Positions 11,405 through 24,209 of a stretch of 64,000 nucleotides of DNA are shown here, in pieces. Made by a program: the position numbers and the translations under genes. Below the pieces are notes generated by a model. It worked only from the letters and a program-made list of their open reading frames with translations, did not search any database and was not told where the DNA came from. Source of the stretch: Torpedo marmorata (taxonomy: Eukaryota); NCBI GenBank assembly GCA_977017645.1, contig OZ360238.1, positions 58,156,001-58,220,000 of the forward strand, given 5' to 3'. The first letter of the stretch is position 1. Every line of letters starts with the position of its first letter.

Positions 11405-14400
11405 CAAAGACCTTGCATTTGGAGGGGGGAAAAGATCATTTAAATTCTCGCATGCCATTAATAGCATCTGAAAGGTTCACCAATGTAAAGTGTACGATCA
11501 ACTGTGAGGGTGCAATCAAACGACAGCAAGAATCACGCGTGCACAGGGGTTTGGGGAGGGAGGGAGGGAGGGAATGGGGAAACAAGGGACATGCCCATTT
11601 GTTTTCGTTATTTAACGCTGGTGTTCAAGCCCACCCATCCCCTTAAAGAACACAAGCTGACCTTGCGTTTTAAATTGTATCTTCCTTCTTTGGGTAGAAC
11701 TGTGAACTTGTTTAAATTGGACAGAGACGATTTACAGATCAATTCACGATTTCACGGCAAATAAACGTGTTTTTTTTACATTTAAGAATGCAAAATCGTA
11801 ATTAGGCACCATTTCGACTGGACAGTGCTGTACTGTACTAAGGACAGAAATATAGAGGACAATAAACCGTCAGTCATTAGCAGGTTTCGTTTTCACCAAG
11901 GATTAACATTAGGAAGTGATTTATGCTGAATGTGCTCGAGCATTTCTCAGCCCAGAGTTTGTCTTTCTCCACTCGAGCTTACGCCAAGCCAAAGAAACAG
12001 CTGGGCTGAATTTTTAGCGCCTATAATTAATTAAGAGCTTCATTCCCGGGATTTGATGATTAAATAAAGCAAGACCCTTATCCCCTTTGCGATTTCACTG
12101 AAAGTCTACTCCAACCCAGCACTCCTGATCCCACGCTGGTGGTGCATTATAATCCCTTTTTGTGAGGAAAATGCCACAAGATTGCACACAGACACAAGCA
12201 CAAAAGGTAAATTCAAAAACAGCCACTTGTTCGGCAGTCGCTTCTGTTTTTTCTCCAGCTTGCCACTTTCTCAGAATCGATGGGGGAGACGGCTCACAAG
12301 TTTCAGCGTATTGTTTTTAGGGGCGGAGAGGGAGTGTTGGCGGGTGAATTCCTGGTAATACTTGGTGTGCTGCCAGTCACACATGTCCTTACTTAATAAT
12401 CTAACTGGGTCAAGTAATAGGATTCCCTTTACACTTTTTAACTGAATTTGATGTTGTTCTGAAGTGGGAGGCTCACTCTTGTCGATGCCTCTAGTGGTTT
12501 GGCTGTGCAAGCTGCTGTGGTAGAATTTGACTTGTACGTCTGGATAATAACAATGAATTAACAATGCCTCACCTAGTTTGTCAATAGGCCCTATTGTTTA
12601 ATTAAATTGTCCGGATTTTAAAAAAAATCTGGAATCCATTTATATTTCTTCTCCTTTAACCAAAGTACAGATGAGAACAAGGACTAACACCAACTGTAAA
12701 AGCTGGAAATGGCAAAAAATCAATTATGAGAGATGCTAAACCGAGATAAAAATCAGGATCTAGGAATGACATTTTGGATTTTTTTTTTGAAAGTGAAGAA
12801 AAGAGTGCTCAGCAAATACACTCCTGTACTGGTAGAGAATTTGGCCTTCTGGAACCTCCATTCAGTATCGTGATCCAACACGTCTGCCCTCAGTATCTCA
12901 AAGGCCGCAAATGGTCAAAAGGCTTTGGATAATCCGGGCAGAGGAACAGGAGGCAACCGTTCAGCCCGTCAATTCGAACGTGGCAGATCTGTGTCTCATC
13001 TCTGTGTACCCGCTTTGACTGCGACAAATTAAGTCCTTAAGATACCCTTGTGATACGAAGCTGAGGTCCCCTGAAGTCGTTTTACTCACGTCTACTTTAC
13101 AGTATAGGAACCTGCACAGATTCGTTATACGCGTTAATTCAACACACCACAATGCTCGCCTTTTAACCATTAGCAAGCATGATGTACTTCGCAGTCTTTA
13201 GGATCTGTTACACTTCAATTTGCCTCCAGTTCTACAGTCAAAAAACGCGAGATAGAAAATGTCATTTCAGATTATTTTTTTTCCCCAGAATAACAGCCTC
13301 AGGATTCACATGTTAGGAGCCAAATGGATACTACTCACGAGGTATTGACCATCCGACGACTGGTGTTTATTTCAACCAATTAAACATTGTGCTTCGTGCA
13401 ACCGATGTCTGCATAAAAACCCTAAGACCTTTTCCGATTTAAAACTTGACACTTTTGTAATCACATCCTTACATGTATAAACTGATATTAACTACACATT
13501 TTAACATAAAAGTTTTGAATCGTTTTGTTTTAGAGAAAGAAATAATTTACCAAAATATAACGACGCCCCTCTAATTATGCGCAAGTATTTCTGCAGTACG
13601 CATCATTCTCAATTGGACCATAGAGACCAATATATAACGGACATAAAATTACTTATAATTTCTATAATAAAGTCTATCGGTTTTCTCAGAAACCTGGGGT
13701 CTCCGAATGGTGCACGTACGTACAAGATATTTCAACACAATTAGGAAAACAGGCAAAAAATTATTAACTCTCTACAATATAATTTGATTTACTTACGTTA
13801 GTGATGGCCATCCATTCATTACCACACTAACAGAAGTACTCTGATATACGCAATACAGAGGCTTGCAATTCATTAGCAGCCGTCACAATTTTCCCATCCG
13901 CGGCGCCAGCCAGCACTTCAAACAAAGTTTGTATTTTTTTTTTAAAAAGTCTCGTTCGCCATCCTTTGCTTTCTGCAAATGTATTCGTGTATGCTTTCTT
14001 AAAGCGGTCTCCCTGTTGGGTGCGTGTCAAGGGTTGAGATCAGTGAAGTGTTTCTCTCTAGGTACAGAAGCGAGTTTCCTAAATATGCTCACAGGACACA
14101 GACAGACTAACATTTCAGCCCAGGGCCTTTGATCATCTCGATCAGCTCCAGATGGACTCGATTTGTAGGCCATTTTTTAGTTTTCTCTCCAAATGATTAT
14201 TTATGTGGTGTGCAAACGCCACCTTTTGCTCCCTGAAGCAGACAAAGGAGCACAAGAGCAATCAGCTCACACCTTGTCCGGATACTGAAGTTTATTTGGA
14301 GGCGGCGGCAGCGGTAGATTAAATAGGCAACTGAACTTTTAAGTGTGGAGCGAGTGGGCATCGTCAAACAAGAAACAGCTTCACCGAAATTGAACCTCTC

Positions 14401-17400
14401 AAAGAACGCGTAGCAACTTGGAATTGCACTTTTAAAACATTTTTGATAAACACAGAGTTTAATGCCAAAGTTAAGAATGTTAAGAAGCTTATTCCACGTT
14501 GAGTGCACGGGGAATTGGCACGGGGCACCTTCACAACAAGGTTCGCTTTCAATTACCGATTGCACTTTTAAATGTTAGATTCAGCATGTTCTGTAAACAG
14601 TAGAGTACGGATCTCTTGGCAATCGGTGGGACTGTTTGGAATATTATAATCATTATTTAGAAAAAGCAACCATATCGCCCCAAACTATCTAATATGTATC
14701 AGTCGAACTTATTCATTCTCTTATAAAACGCCACGCCCTATCATTAGAGAATGTTAAAGAGTTCAGGAAGACCGGTGAATAATGTGAAAAGTATTGTAAT
14801 GATGCGCCTCACACAGGTTTCAACTTGTAAAATAATCCCTTGTACAATCAAGAGATATTGTGCAGTAAGTGACGTGTGAAACATAATTATATTTTAATAT
14901 CCCCAGAAAATAAGAAAATCCCCCCTCGCTAAATGTCAACCTTGGGATGAATTGAAATATTCTCTCCCTTTTCCTTCTCCTTTTGATTTTTTAAAATTAA
15001 ATGAAGCCACTGAATTGTCCCGCAGGACGATACAAGAGTGACGGAAACCACGAGTCCATTGCTTTCAGCGACTTGTCCAGCTGATTGGGGGCACTTGGGA
15101 TGTGCCCGCTGGAGGTGACTGCCATCCCCACTCTTTGACACTCTCACGGGTCGGTCGCGAGGACGTGAACAGTAACGCTGGGCGCTTCTTTCTCTGCAGG
15201 GCTGGGGTTGCGAACGATTGCTTCCTTCTCGGTGTTGCTCCACATATTTTTTTGTGTGATTATGTTGGGGGAGGAATGCATGGAATTCACGTTTGGGAAG
15301 AGGACGGAGACGTTTCACCTCTCACCAGTCAATAGGGCGAGTTATGGATAGGCAGCGGCGTACTGAAGGAGCTACAAAATTCTTTAACTGCCTTGCAATG
15401 GAAGGGATTTATTTCAACCGGTTAATGGCAAAATCAACTTCCCAGTTAGTTCGGGAAGTTTCTTCCTGTTTCTCCATCGGCCCATTTCACTTTGCTCTTG
15501 GTCACCTGGAATACATTATTCTCCAGGGATGGAGCGACATCCAGTGTTTTCTTTCTGCTTTCGGTCCTTTGTACATCAATACAAATGTTGCTTGAATTAA
15601 TATTATCTGTGTTTCTCGTTTCTTCTCTTGGATTGGTATGTTTATTATAATTGACGCGCATTTACTTGGTTCTCCAAGTGGTATCACACGTGTCGTGAAG
15701 TTATTTTATTACCGGTATGTAAATACGTGTATGCCATATCGACATGGGCCATCAAAGTGGCTCAAAACTTGCAGACACCCGACCTCCCTGTGTGTGGGTT
15801 AGTTTTAGATATATTTGAAGTATTCCTCAGACTAGCACTTTCAAAATTAACAACTATGAAAATAAATCTTATTTCATTTTTCTTTCTCTTACCTGTTCCA
15901 TATCGTCCTGAGATCTGCGCCGTAACACGCTAGTGTAAACGCAATGCGGTGAGTGTAGGGGAGCTTCAGATAAATGCACTGTGCGCCAAAAAGTGAGCAC
16001 TTCCAAAAGTGCGTACGTTTCTTTAAAGTCGGATGAGGTAGCCTCAGTACTATTGCTTCCTTAGTCTGAACTGGTTTGCTTTTTTTGGATGGGTGGGGGG
16101 GGGGGGGTGGTGGGAGGGATTGATGGGCAGAAAAGTATTACTCAACATCATTTGTTATGAGAATATATCACTTGAATTACCCTTCTGTTATTCCCCTGTT
16201 TATTATTAAGAAGTCCATAAAAAAGCCGTTTACTGTTAATTTTAACAGAGGAAACTGGTGAAATTCTAGTGGGCTATATTTACTTATATTTACATGTGCG
16301 TGCGCACATGTATGGCGCCACACAGTCAAATGTGTGAACATATGCATGCTTAATCAACATGCGTGCGTATTCTGCATTACCCAGCGATAGCTGCGATCAA
16401 AGAACAAATATTCTGAACAGTCAGAAGAAAAGTTTGCTGAACTCAGCGTGTCATTAATTGTTTTAATTTCTAAATGGATGAAACGAATAAAACTGTTATG
16501 CTATTTATTGAATATGAGGCTATAAATATTAATACGTCCATCTATCGGTTCTCTTTAATATAAAGGCTGCCCTGGAGGTAGACTCATGTGAGATTATATA
16601 ACAACAAATCCCATGCAGGCCACTACCCCTTAAAAACCATACAATTTAGCCAAAACCACAAGGTAACTGAAATTAGTATCTGATACGTTGAGCACCAGGA
16701 AGTACTCAGTGTGTCGGACTTTAGAAATAGTGTTTTTAAATCTGCGCTTACTCACATGAACCACTCATAAAAGATCATTTCTTTATAGACAAATATAAAA
16801 ATCATCTTAGAACTAATGCCGCCTGTAAGAGACTAATCCTTGAAAATTAAGTAAAGATTAATATAATTCCTAAAATAGATACCATAGTCACACTACTAAT
16901 TTGCATGTAAAAAAGCAATTTGCTACTAATTCCTTGCTTGAAACTGATCATAACTTTAAGATCTAGGTTATTTCATGTGTTTTTAAAGGAAAATTACATT
17001 GAAGAAAACCAGATGGGGAGGAGGCAAGGGGAAACTAATAATTATGGTACTGACTGATGATATATTGCAATCACACCAATGCAGCTAACACTTTAACACC
17101 AGATAAAAATAGTTCTGATTTGAATGTCCGGGAGACTGTGAACATTTTAGTACTGTTACAAGGGTATTTATAGACACCCCCTGAGACACTTTTCTATAAT
17201 TTACTGAAAGGCTAGAAAGATGAAATGAAATAAGATCACTGGCAATCCATCGTTTCATAGTACCAGAGAAATAGTAATTTAAAGAGAACTGTTAAATAAA
17301 GCTGTCGTCATTTTGCCTGTTAAATTCACTCGTACTTTTAATAAAGGCTGGACATATCTTTTAAACTGAGAAGCTTCGACGAAATCATCGAAACCGATTC

Positions 17401-19667
17401 ATGGGTAATTGTAAAATAACAGCAAAATGTTTAACTCGGGAATAACATACTGTTATACAGTACTGTGCCTCAAAATCTTCGTTGAGTGTGCAAAAGTTCT
17501 CTCTCTGTTTAAAATACATCTGACAATATTTAGATTCTGAATTAACCATGTATTAATGACAAGTTACGTTTTAAATATCTAATTGCTTATAATGACATCG
17601 AGACAGTAACATTAAATTCCATCCAGAGGAACCTTTTGAAATATTTGAACAAGTAGTTTATTAATTTTATTTGTGGAACCATCTAGATTGTGATGTTATC
17701 AATGCAATTATTTGAAAGTTCTCTAAATCTCTGAACCACATCACGAGCGTTCGATTTAGCCCGACAGGTTCTGAATTACCTGAATTATCTGTGCTAAAAC
17801 GCCTGCAGAAATACAAATAGCATAGGCAATGTGACGCTAACTCAATATATACTTGTGCTAAGTGCAAATTTTGCATTAGTTGGTATCCATCCTTGAACAA
17901 CCCATGGATCGGACTGAAATGCACAGTCGTTACACAATATTTAATTGGCTCGGTGACTAACTTCAATTGAGAAAAAGGGAATTGACATTTTCAATTTAAT
18001 TGCCTTATAAATGAGCTCTTCTTGTCGTTTTCCCCTTTTCTGTAGCGAAATGATCAGATGGGTCCGTCATTAATATTTGATTTCCCAATCTGTTGATCAT
18101 TTAAATTAGGATAGTCGGATTGACTGCAATTCTACAGGATCAGAAATAGGAAGCATCAAGTCGCATATGGAAAAATCAGGCTGAGATTTAATTTACAAAC
18201 ATTTCCGAGTCCATTGTTTCGCAAAAAAACAGCCGCATAAATTAGTAAAAGCTCTGGGTATAGTCCTTACAAAAATACAATTCAGAGTTTTGCTCCTACT
18301 TTCCAGCACACTTGATGCACAGAGACAATATTTTTCAAAAAAATCTGGATTTCGTCGCATCACACTTCCAAGTACGGTGACATTTTCGGGTCATTGGCCG
18401 TTTTCACAGCAAATAATGAGTTGAATTTCTTATCCTGATTTCTTTAAGATTTATGTTAATTTGTTCGTCCCCGGTTTGTGAATTGGGACGTTTATGTGAC
18501 AAAGAGTGCTATTTGACGCTGATGTGTTTTTATATATTATTTTTAAAAAGCTTTATGGCACTTATTTGAAAGTACGACGGTTTTCTATTCAGAACAAGTG
18601 TGACACCTACCTGCGAATCTGGGAAAAAGTTTAAGTCAACACTCTTAAGTGAATGGGTTCCAGTATCGTAATGTTGAGGAGGGGGAAATACGAACAGCGA
18701 AAGAAAAGCCTGAGAAAAGCTTGCGGCCAACACTGGAAAATTAAACGAATTTACATGGTATACGAAAATAACTTGGGCAGTTGAGAGTTAGTGATGAGAG
18801 GGGAGTAGGCGACGTTATCTTATACGGATGTCACTATGTGTTCCGTTCTCATTGCCTCATATATAGCACCGCTATGCTTTTTTTTTGCGATAGTAATGAG
18901 GACTAAATTTGGCATAAAATCGAACTCATTAGTAAAGTTCACCAGCTGATTGCTTTGCATAAAACACGACACTGATTGGATGTAATTAGGTTAAAGGATG
19001 GCACTTTAGTTTTAGCCTTATTATTCCAGCCAGTTCTTCTACTCCAGCAGCTGCATATTAAAAGTGCCACACTTTTTTTCTGTATTAATTTTCTTTAAAA
19101 TAACGATTCGTCCTCTAAGAAAAAAAACAAAACAAGCCAACGAGTATTGCTTGCCTGGATGTGTAAGCTAAAACTGTGTTTTAATTAAATATTTACATTT
19201 TTTTCAGCATCGACCTTTGAAATGATTTTGTCTGTGGTATGTCTTTTAATTTATCTGAAACCTTTCCCCGACTTCCAGAGAAACAATTTTCATCTTAAAT
19301 TAAACTGCCATCGTATTAATTAGGAAACATTTCAAAAACACAGATTTATATTATATATGTATATATATTATACGAAAGAACAACATTAATATCTGTACAA
19401 GAGACTCGTTTCATAATTTACTTCAAAGGGCGTATTATCCCTTTTAAATACAAAAATGCTACATTAAATATACAGAATAAGTCTCAATACAAATTAATTC
19501 GTGGTTGGTTAAGACGTTTTTTTCAGACATTACTTTTGAACAGTTTGAATTAACCGTTTGGAATATATCAGAAACTAAACTTCTTTGTTATTTTATACCA
19601 CCTTGACGGGGAAATAATTTGCCATGGCAAAATAAATAGTGTCCAGAGATTCGGCGAAGAACCATTA

Positions 19668-20386
19668 TTAAATGTTCGACATACCTTTCTTCAACTCATA
19701 AGACGATGTGTCCTTGCAGTGATCTATTGATACCGGACTCTTTGTTTTAGATTCTGGACAGAGTTTTGCTAGCGCCTCTGCTCTGCTTAAGACAGTCTGA
19801 CTTAATCCATTAGAACTGAAGTGATTTGTGCTGCTACCTCCATGGTGGCTGTGAAGGTGTCCGAAAGTGCCATAGTTCGTGTAGCCCGTATAGAAGGGAG
19901 AGGTGTAGTAGAGAGGCCGACCCAGCACAGCGCTGTTCGGGTAGGGGCAAGGGGAACGGGACGGCGAAGAGGCGCTGGCGGGCACGGCGCAGCCATGGCC
20001 TGGGCACGCACTCGGCTGCTGCTCGCTCTGTTCTTTCGACTTGTCCGAAGTGGCGATTTCTGCTAGAGACCAGAGTTTGGGCTTGGAGCTTGTTGCCGGG
20101 GGTGAATGGATGACTGAAGTCACACTGCAGTTCGCTGTGTTACTGGGAAGAGTGTGAGCTAGATTTGTATGTGCATTTTCCAAATCGGAGTCGTGACTTT
20201 CGTGCAAGAGCTCAGTTCCGTGAGGCACAACCAGGGAAGAAGTGGTAGCTTTGGGAGAGTGAATGCTCTCTTTTTCCTCCGAGTCTTTAAATTCGGAATC
20301 GCTAAGGATCTGGTCATTATCTTTACCGGGATCTTGTTCTTCAAACCTTTCGCAAGCAATTTCTACTCCGCTCGATTTCTGATTCC
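19668..20386 (-). CDS. IRX5: Iroquois homeobox 5, coding exon 3 (IRO box and C-terminus)
   Basis: Acceptor ...TTAAAACAG|GG (phase 1) after a polypyrimidine tract. Contains the IRO box SSKPKLWSLAEIATSD, RPLYYTSPFY.GYTNYG and the C-terminal YELKKGMSNI* typical of IRX5. Confidence 0.96.
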
Positions 20387-20701
20387 CTGTTTTAATCAAT
20401 TGAGAAAGGAAAAAAAAAATCACATTCTATCATCAAACATTGAAATTACAATCTAATTGTATTTACTTCATGAGCATCTGTGATTATTCACATTTCTTAA
20501 CTCAACAAGAAACAGTATTTCTAATGGATGTTACCGTACTGTGTTTCAGAAACCTCTCTTAACTACACATGCAGCGAAAATTACAATTCAAACGAAAATC
20601 AGTGTGTTATTTGCATATGCGTGCGTTATAAATAATAAACCAAAATCAACTTTGCGCTCTTATTGGAAATGATTTATCTAAAATATTCATTAATTTCTCA
20701 C

Positions 20702-21107
20702 CTGGCTCTGGTTCCGACGAGTTTCCCTTTTCCAAAGATTTCTGTGGCTCATCTTCGTCGTTCTTCTCCAGATCTATGTTCTCTTCTTCTTCCTCGTCTT
20801 CGCTCCTGTTTCTCGGGGTCCAGGTCATTTTATTTTCCTTCTTCAACCTCCTCCTGGCGTTTGCAAACCAGGTGGACACTTGGGTCAGCGTCATTTTCGT
20901 GATGATGGCCAGCATGATCTTCTCGCCTTTGGTGGGGTAAGGGTTCTTCCTGTGTTCGCTGAGCCAGGCTTTGAGGGTGGCGGTGGCATCTCTGGTGGCA
21001 TTTTTCCGGTAAGCTGGGTCACCGTAGGGATAAGAGCCTAAAGGAGCGGCGTACGGGTGATATCCTATAGATCCAGCCATGCCCGTGGAGTGATCATAGG
21101 GAGAGCC
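20702..21107 (-). CDS. IRX5: Iroquois homeobox 5, coding exon 2 (TALE homeodomain)
   Basis: Acceptor TGTCTCAG|GGC and donor CCAG|GTGAGA. Homeodomain [67 protein letters not shown] followed by the acidic [22 protein letters not shown]. Confidence 0.98.
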
Positions 21108-21428
21108 CTGAGACAACAGACACCCGTCAAAATCGCGTTTTGTACCAAACGCATTCAACTGTAAACCATTTAACAATAATAGATACACATATTTTAAAGC
21201 TGCCATCTTTTTTTAAATTAGAATAAAGCCGGCTAATTTTTTTAATATCAATTCCCCAAAATTGTTCTTAACTAAAAACAAATATCATTCAAATAACAAT
21301 CTGGGAAGCTTGAAAAGTTTGCAGAGAGGGATTTCTGATCGCCTCATTCCACGATCTTAGCGAAGCACCATTGTGTAACAGCAATAGTTACAAATGCATT
21401 TTCACGGTGTCTGGAAAACAGAACTTAC

Positions 21429-21665
21429 CACGTAGGAAGTGAAGGCAGCGGTCGGGTCTGTGCCATACTGGAGGTGGCTGTTATAGCCTGGGGAAGGGGC
21501 TGTAAACGCGGTAGATCCGGCGTACGGGCTGAAGGCAGATCCCGAAGAAGATCTCCCAAGTTCATCCGTCCTGGGTCCCGATATGACGCTCGTGCTGTAC
21601 GCTGGACACGAGTAAAGAGCTAGCGAAGCTGACGGTTGATACAAGTAACCCTGAGGATACGACAT
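21429..21665 (-). CDS. IRX5: Iroquois homeobox 5, coding exon 1
   Basis: GCCATGT start. [68 protein letters not shown] matches the IRX5 N-terminus. Donor GTG|GTAAGT, phase 0. Confidence 0.98.
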
Positions 21666-21879
21666 GGCTAAGATTAGTGATTGTGTGTCTCTGTGTGAAT
21701 CAACCCCCTATTTCCAAGGCTTTTATGTGAATTGTATGAACTGGAATCATACACCAGCAGATTGCCTGGGTCTGCGCTGTCAGCTGCAAGCTGACTCTCC
21801 CAGTGTTTACTTGCTTGCCGAAGTTTTCCTTTGGATGGGGCTGCTTGGAAAAGGTCCTGCAAGATGCAAGTTAGAAATT

Positions 21880-22240
21880 CAGGATTTCTGACGCCTTCTA
21901 CGCACTCGCAGCTCCTCCTATCAGGGTGTTGTCAATAGAAGAAAGGCAGAAGCATGCTGGGGTGCCACAGCCAACCTAATGTCTCTCTCTCTCTCTCTCT
22001 CTCTCCCCCCCCCCCCTCCCTCCCTCCCTCTCCCCCTCGCTCTCTCTCCAAGACTCAATTCAAGGCTCAAGTGCGCCGGCCCCTGGATGGCAATCTTTTA
22101 CCAGGCTCCACAACTTAACTTTAGTTTGCTGATGTTGTGCGTGATCGAAGTCTGGCGAATCAGATCACGTAAAATCAGGGACAAACGTAAACTTACTGGA
22201 AATGCGTGCCAATTAAACGCTCCTAAATGCGTTTGTTAAG
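21880..22240 (-). promoter_or_regulatory. IRX5 proximal promoter region with a (CT)n/C-rich tract
   Basis: Immediately upstream of the IRX5 start and CpG-containing, with (TC)~11 plus a poly-C polypyrimidine tract at 21982-22049. The TSS cannot be determined. Confidence 0.6.
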
Positions 22241-23924
22241 CCTTTCTTGAAATGTAAATTTACTGCCCAGAATTAATTACAATTCTATCGTGCGCGAACG
22301 ATTTGTATAATATTACAGGTGTATCACTATTGTACAACATATTGCAAACAGACGCTTTTTTGTTCAGAAGGTCCACAATAAAAATAAATTTAGCAAATGT
22401 CATACTTGAAGCTAAAATTAAAATAATTTTTAAATACGCTAGCAACTCACCCACCCCTATCCCTGTACCCACGTGGCTCAACTAATTATTCAGTCCAGTT
22501 AAGCAATAACAGTAGCCGGTCGGCGCTGATGCAAGATGATGGACAGCAACTCTGGCTTCGGCACATTTGGTAAGGGGAAGGGAAGATCATCTCGTTTTCG
22601 CACTTCGGATTACCATCCAGCAGTTTTGCTGGAATTATGTGCGCCTGTATGTTTGAACGTAGGGCGAAGACAAGATCGGCCTGGCAGTGATGTCACTTGC
22701 CACCAGCTGACTGTCACACTTGAAAAAATGACCACTTGGACTGGAAGGTGTCTAGCCCCCGTGGAAGCATACCGCAGCACGTTGAGGGAGGCAGAGTGAA
22801 GGAATCAACGTGAAATTTAAAAACAAGACTAACAGTTACCTTGAAATCACTCCAGGGTATTGGCTATTTTTACACGCCGTTAACAGTGTCCTATTAATCT
22901 GATGAGGTGATTTGATTCAATTTTAGGTTTGTCTGTTTTTGTTCTGACAGCAGCTGTCAGTGCAGTCTATAACATTAATGCAAAATGAGTCACACAGTGA
23001 AGGATCAACAATTGTGATGTCATTACTGAAAATTTATTGAGAAATAATTTGCAGTAGGTGCATGGAACATACTGTGGCTGAGAACACAGAGGCATCACCC
23101 CACCTCCAGTCTTCCATTTCCCTCTATGCAAAATAAATGTTGAGTTTGATGGTTGCGAATTGGGAGAAGCTAATTTTCAATATTGGCTACCAATTGACAT
23201 CAGTTATTAGTAACACATGCCAGACGACGATAAAACATAATGTGTAGGCAGTGCATACATAAAATGTATGGAATGAATAACTTGTAACAATAGACACTAG
23301 ACCACGCACATTAAATAATAATAAACAATGATGTACAAAATCTATTCTTTTGTTTTCACATACTCTTAATATAGGAAGTATTAAGCCTCAGATTTTATTA
23401 TTTTATATATTGTAAAACAAATATGGATTAATGGAAATGAACAAACTTTAGATTTTGTAAAAAGCCATTTTACAAATCATAATCATATTTTATACAACAT
23501 GATATTTTTTGAAGAATATTGAGTTGGAGGTCTGACTAATGAACGACTATCTCAATGAATATTTATAGAGGGTGTATAATTCCTGCTTTAGGGTATAATG
23601 AAGAACAATTCCATAATTGATTTTTAATTTTTTTATTGACCTCTATTCAGGTAATTGAGTAATATTTTAAAATATATTTTAATGTATAATCATCATAAAA
23701 TACATCATGAAATATTCAATTGAATTTCAAGTGATCAATATTGGGTGCTTTCTGAACAGAGGGTCACAGGAAAGGTTTTCTTTGAATGTTTGGACAAATA
23801 TGCACTAAAATAAGGCACTTTCCATCCTTAGAAGTCCTCATTGTTCTCTACTTATGTCTGTCCCCAAAGTCTCTCACAGCTGTCACAGTGAATGGCAACT
23901 GCTAGCAGAAGCTCTGTCATTTGT

Positions 23925-24200
23925 AGTTCAGTAACATCACCTTCGAGTCAGGAGGTTTAGAATTTATAGTGCCACTCATCAAATTGACTGCAGTTACCTA
24001 GACTTAATATCCAATCCTGTGCCCAGGAATGCTCGATTTTGGATGAAACATGGAACCATCAACTTTCTGAAGTGTCGATGAAAGACCCTGTGGCATAATT
24101 TGGAAGAAAAGTGGGGAAAATCCTTGAATTCCACCACTATTTATTTTTCAACCAATGACTGCAAAACTCGCCAGCACATTGTGAATATCACCGTAGTGTT
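23925..24200 (+). mobile_element. Degenerate Deu-domain SINE (SacSINE1/AmnSINE-like)
   Basis: TTTTGGATGAAAC...GATGAAAGACCCTGTGGCATAATTTGGAAGAAAAGTGGGG...TATTTATTTTTCAACC resembles the Deu core as recalled. Confidence 0.55.
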
Positions 24201-24209
24201 TTACTAAAT

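Noticed and set aside
11231-11646. ORFs spanning 11255-11404
   Set aside because: Artefacts of the N gap.
16088-16120. G-runs with quadruplex potential (also ~11546-11580, 31532-31556, 47509-47540)
   Set aside because: Homopolymer G tracts are common throughout the window, and nothing indicates a specific function.
20387-20423. N-terminal extensions of ORF-track entries 19668-20423 and 20646-21206
   Set aside because: They are intronic read-through beyond the splice sites of IRX5 exons 3 and 2.
19802-20456. Overlapping alternative-frame and antisense ORFs in IRX5 exon 3
   Set aside because: Expected by-products of GC-rich coding sequence; no recognisable domains.
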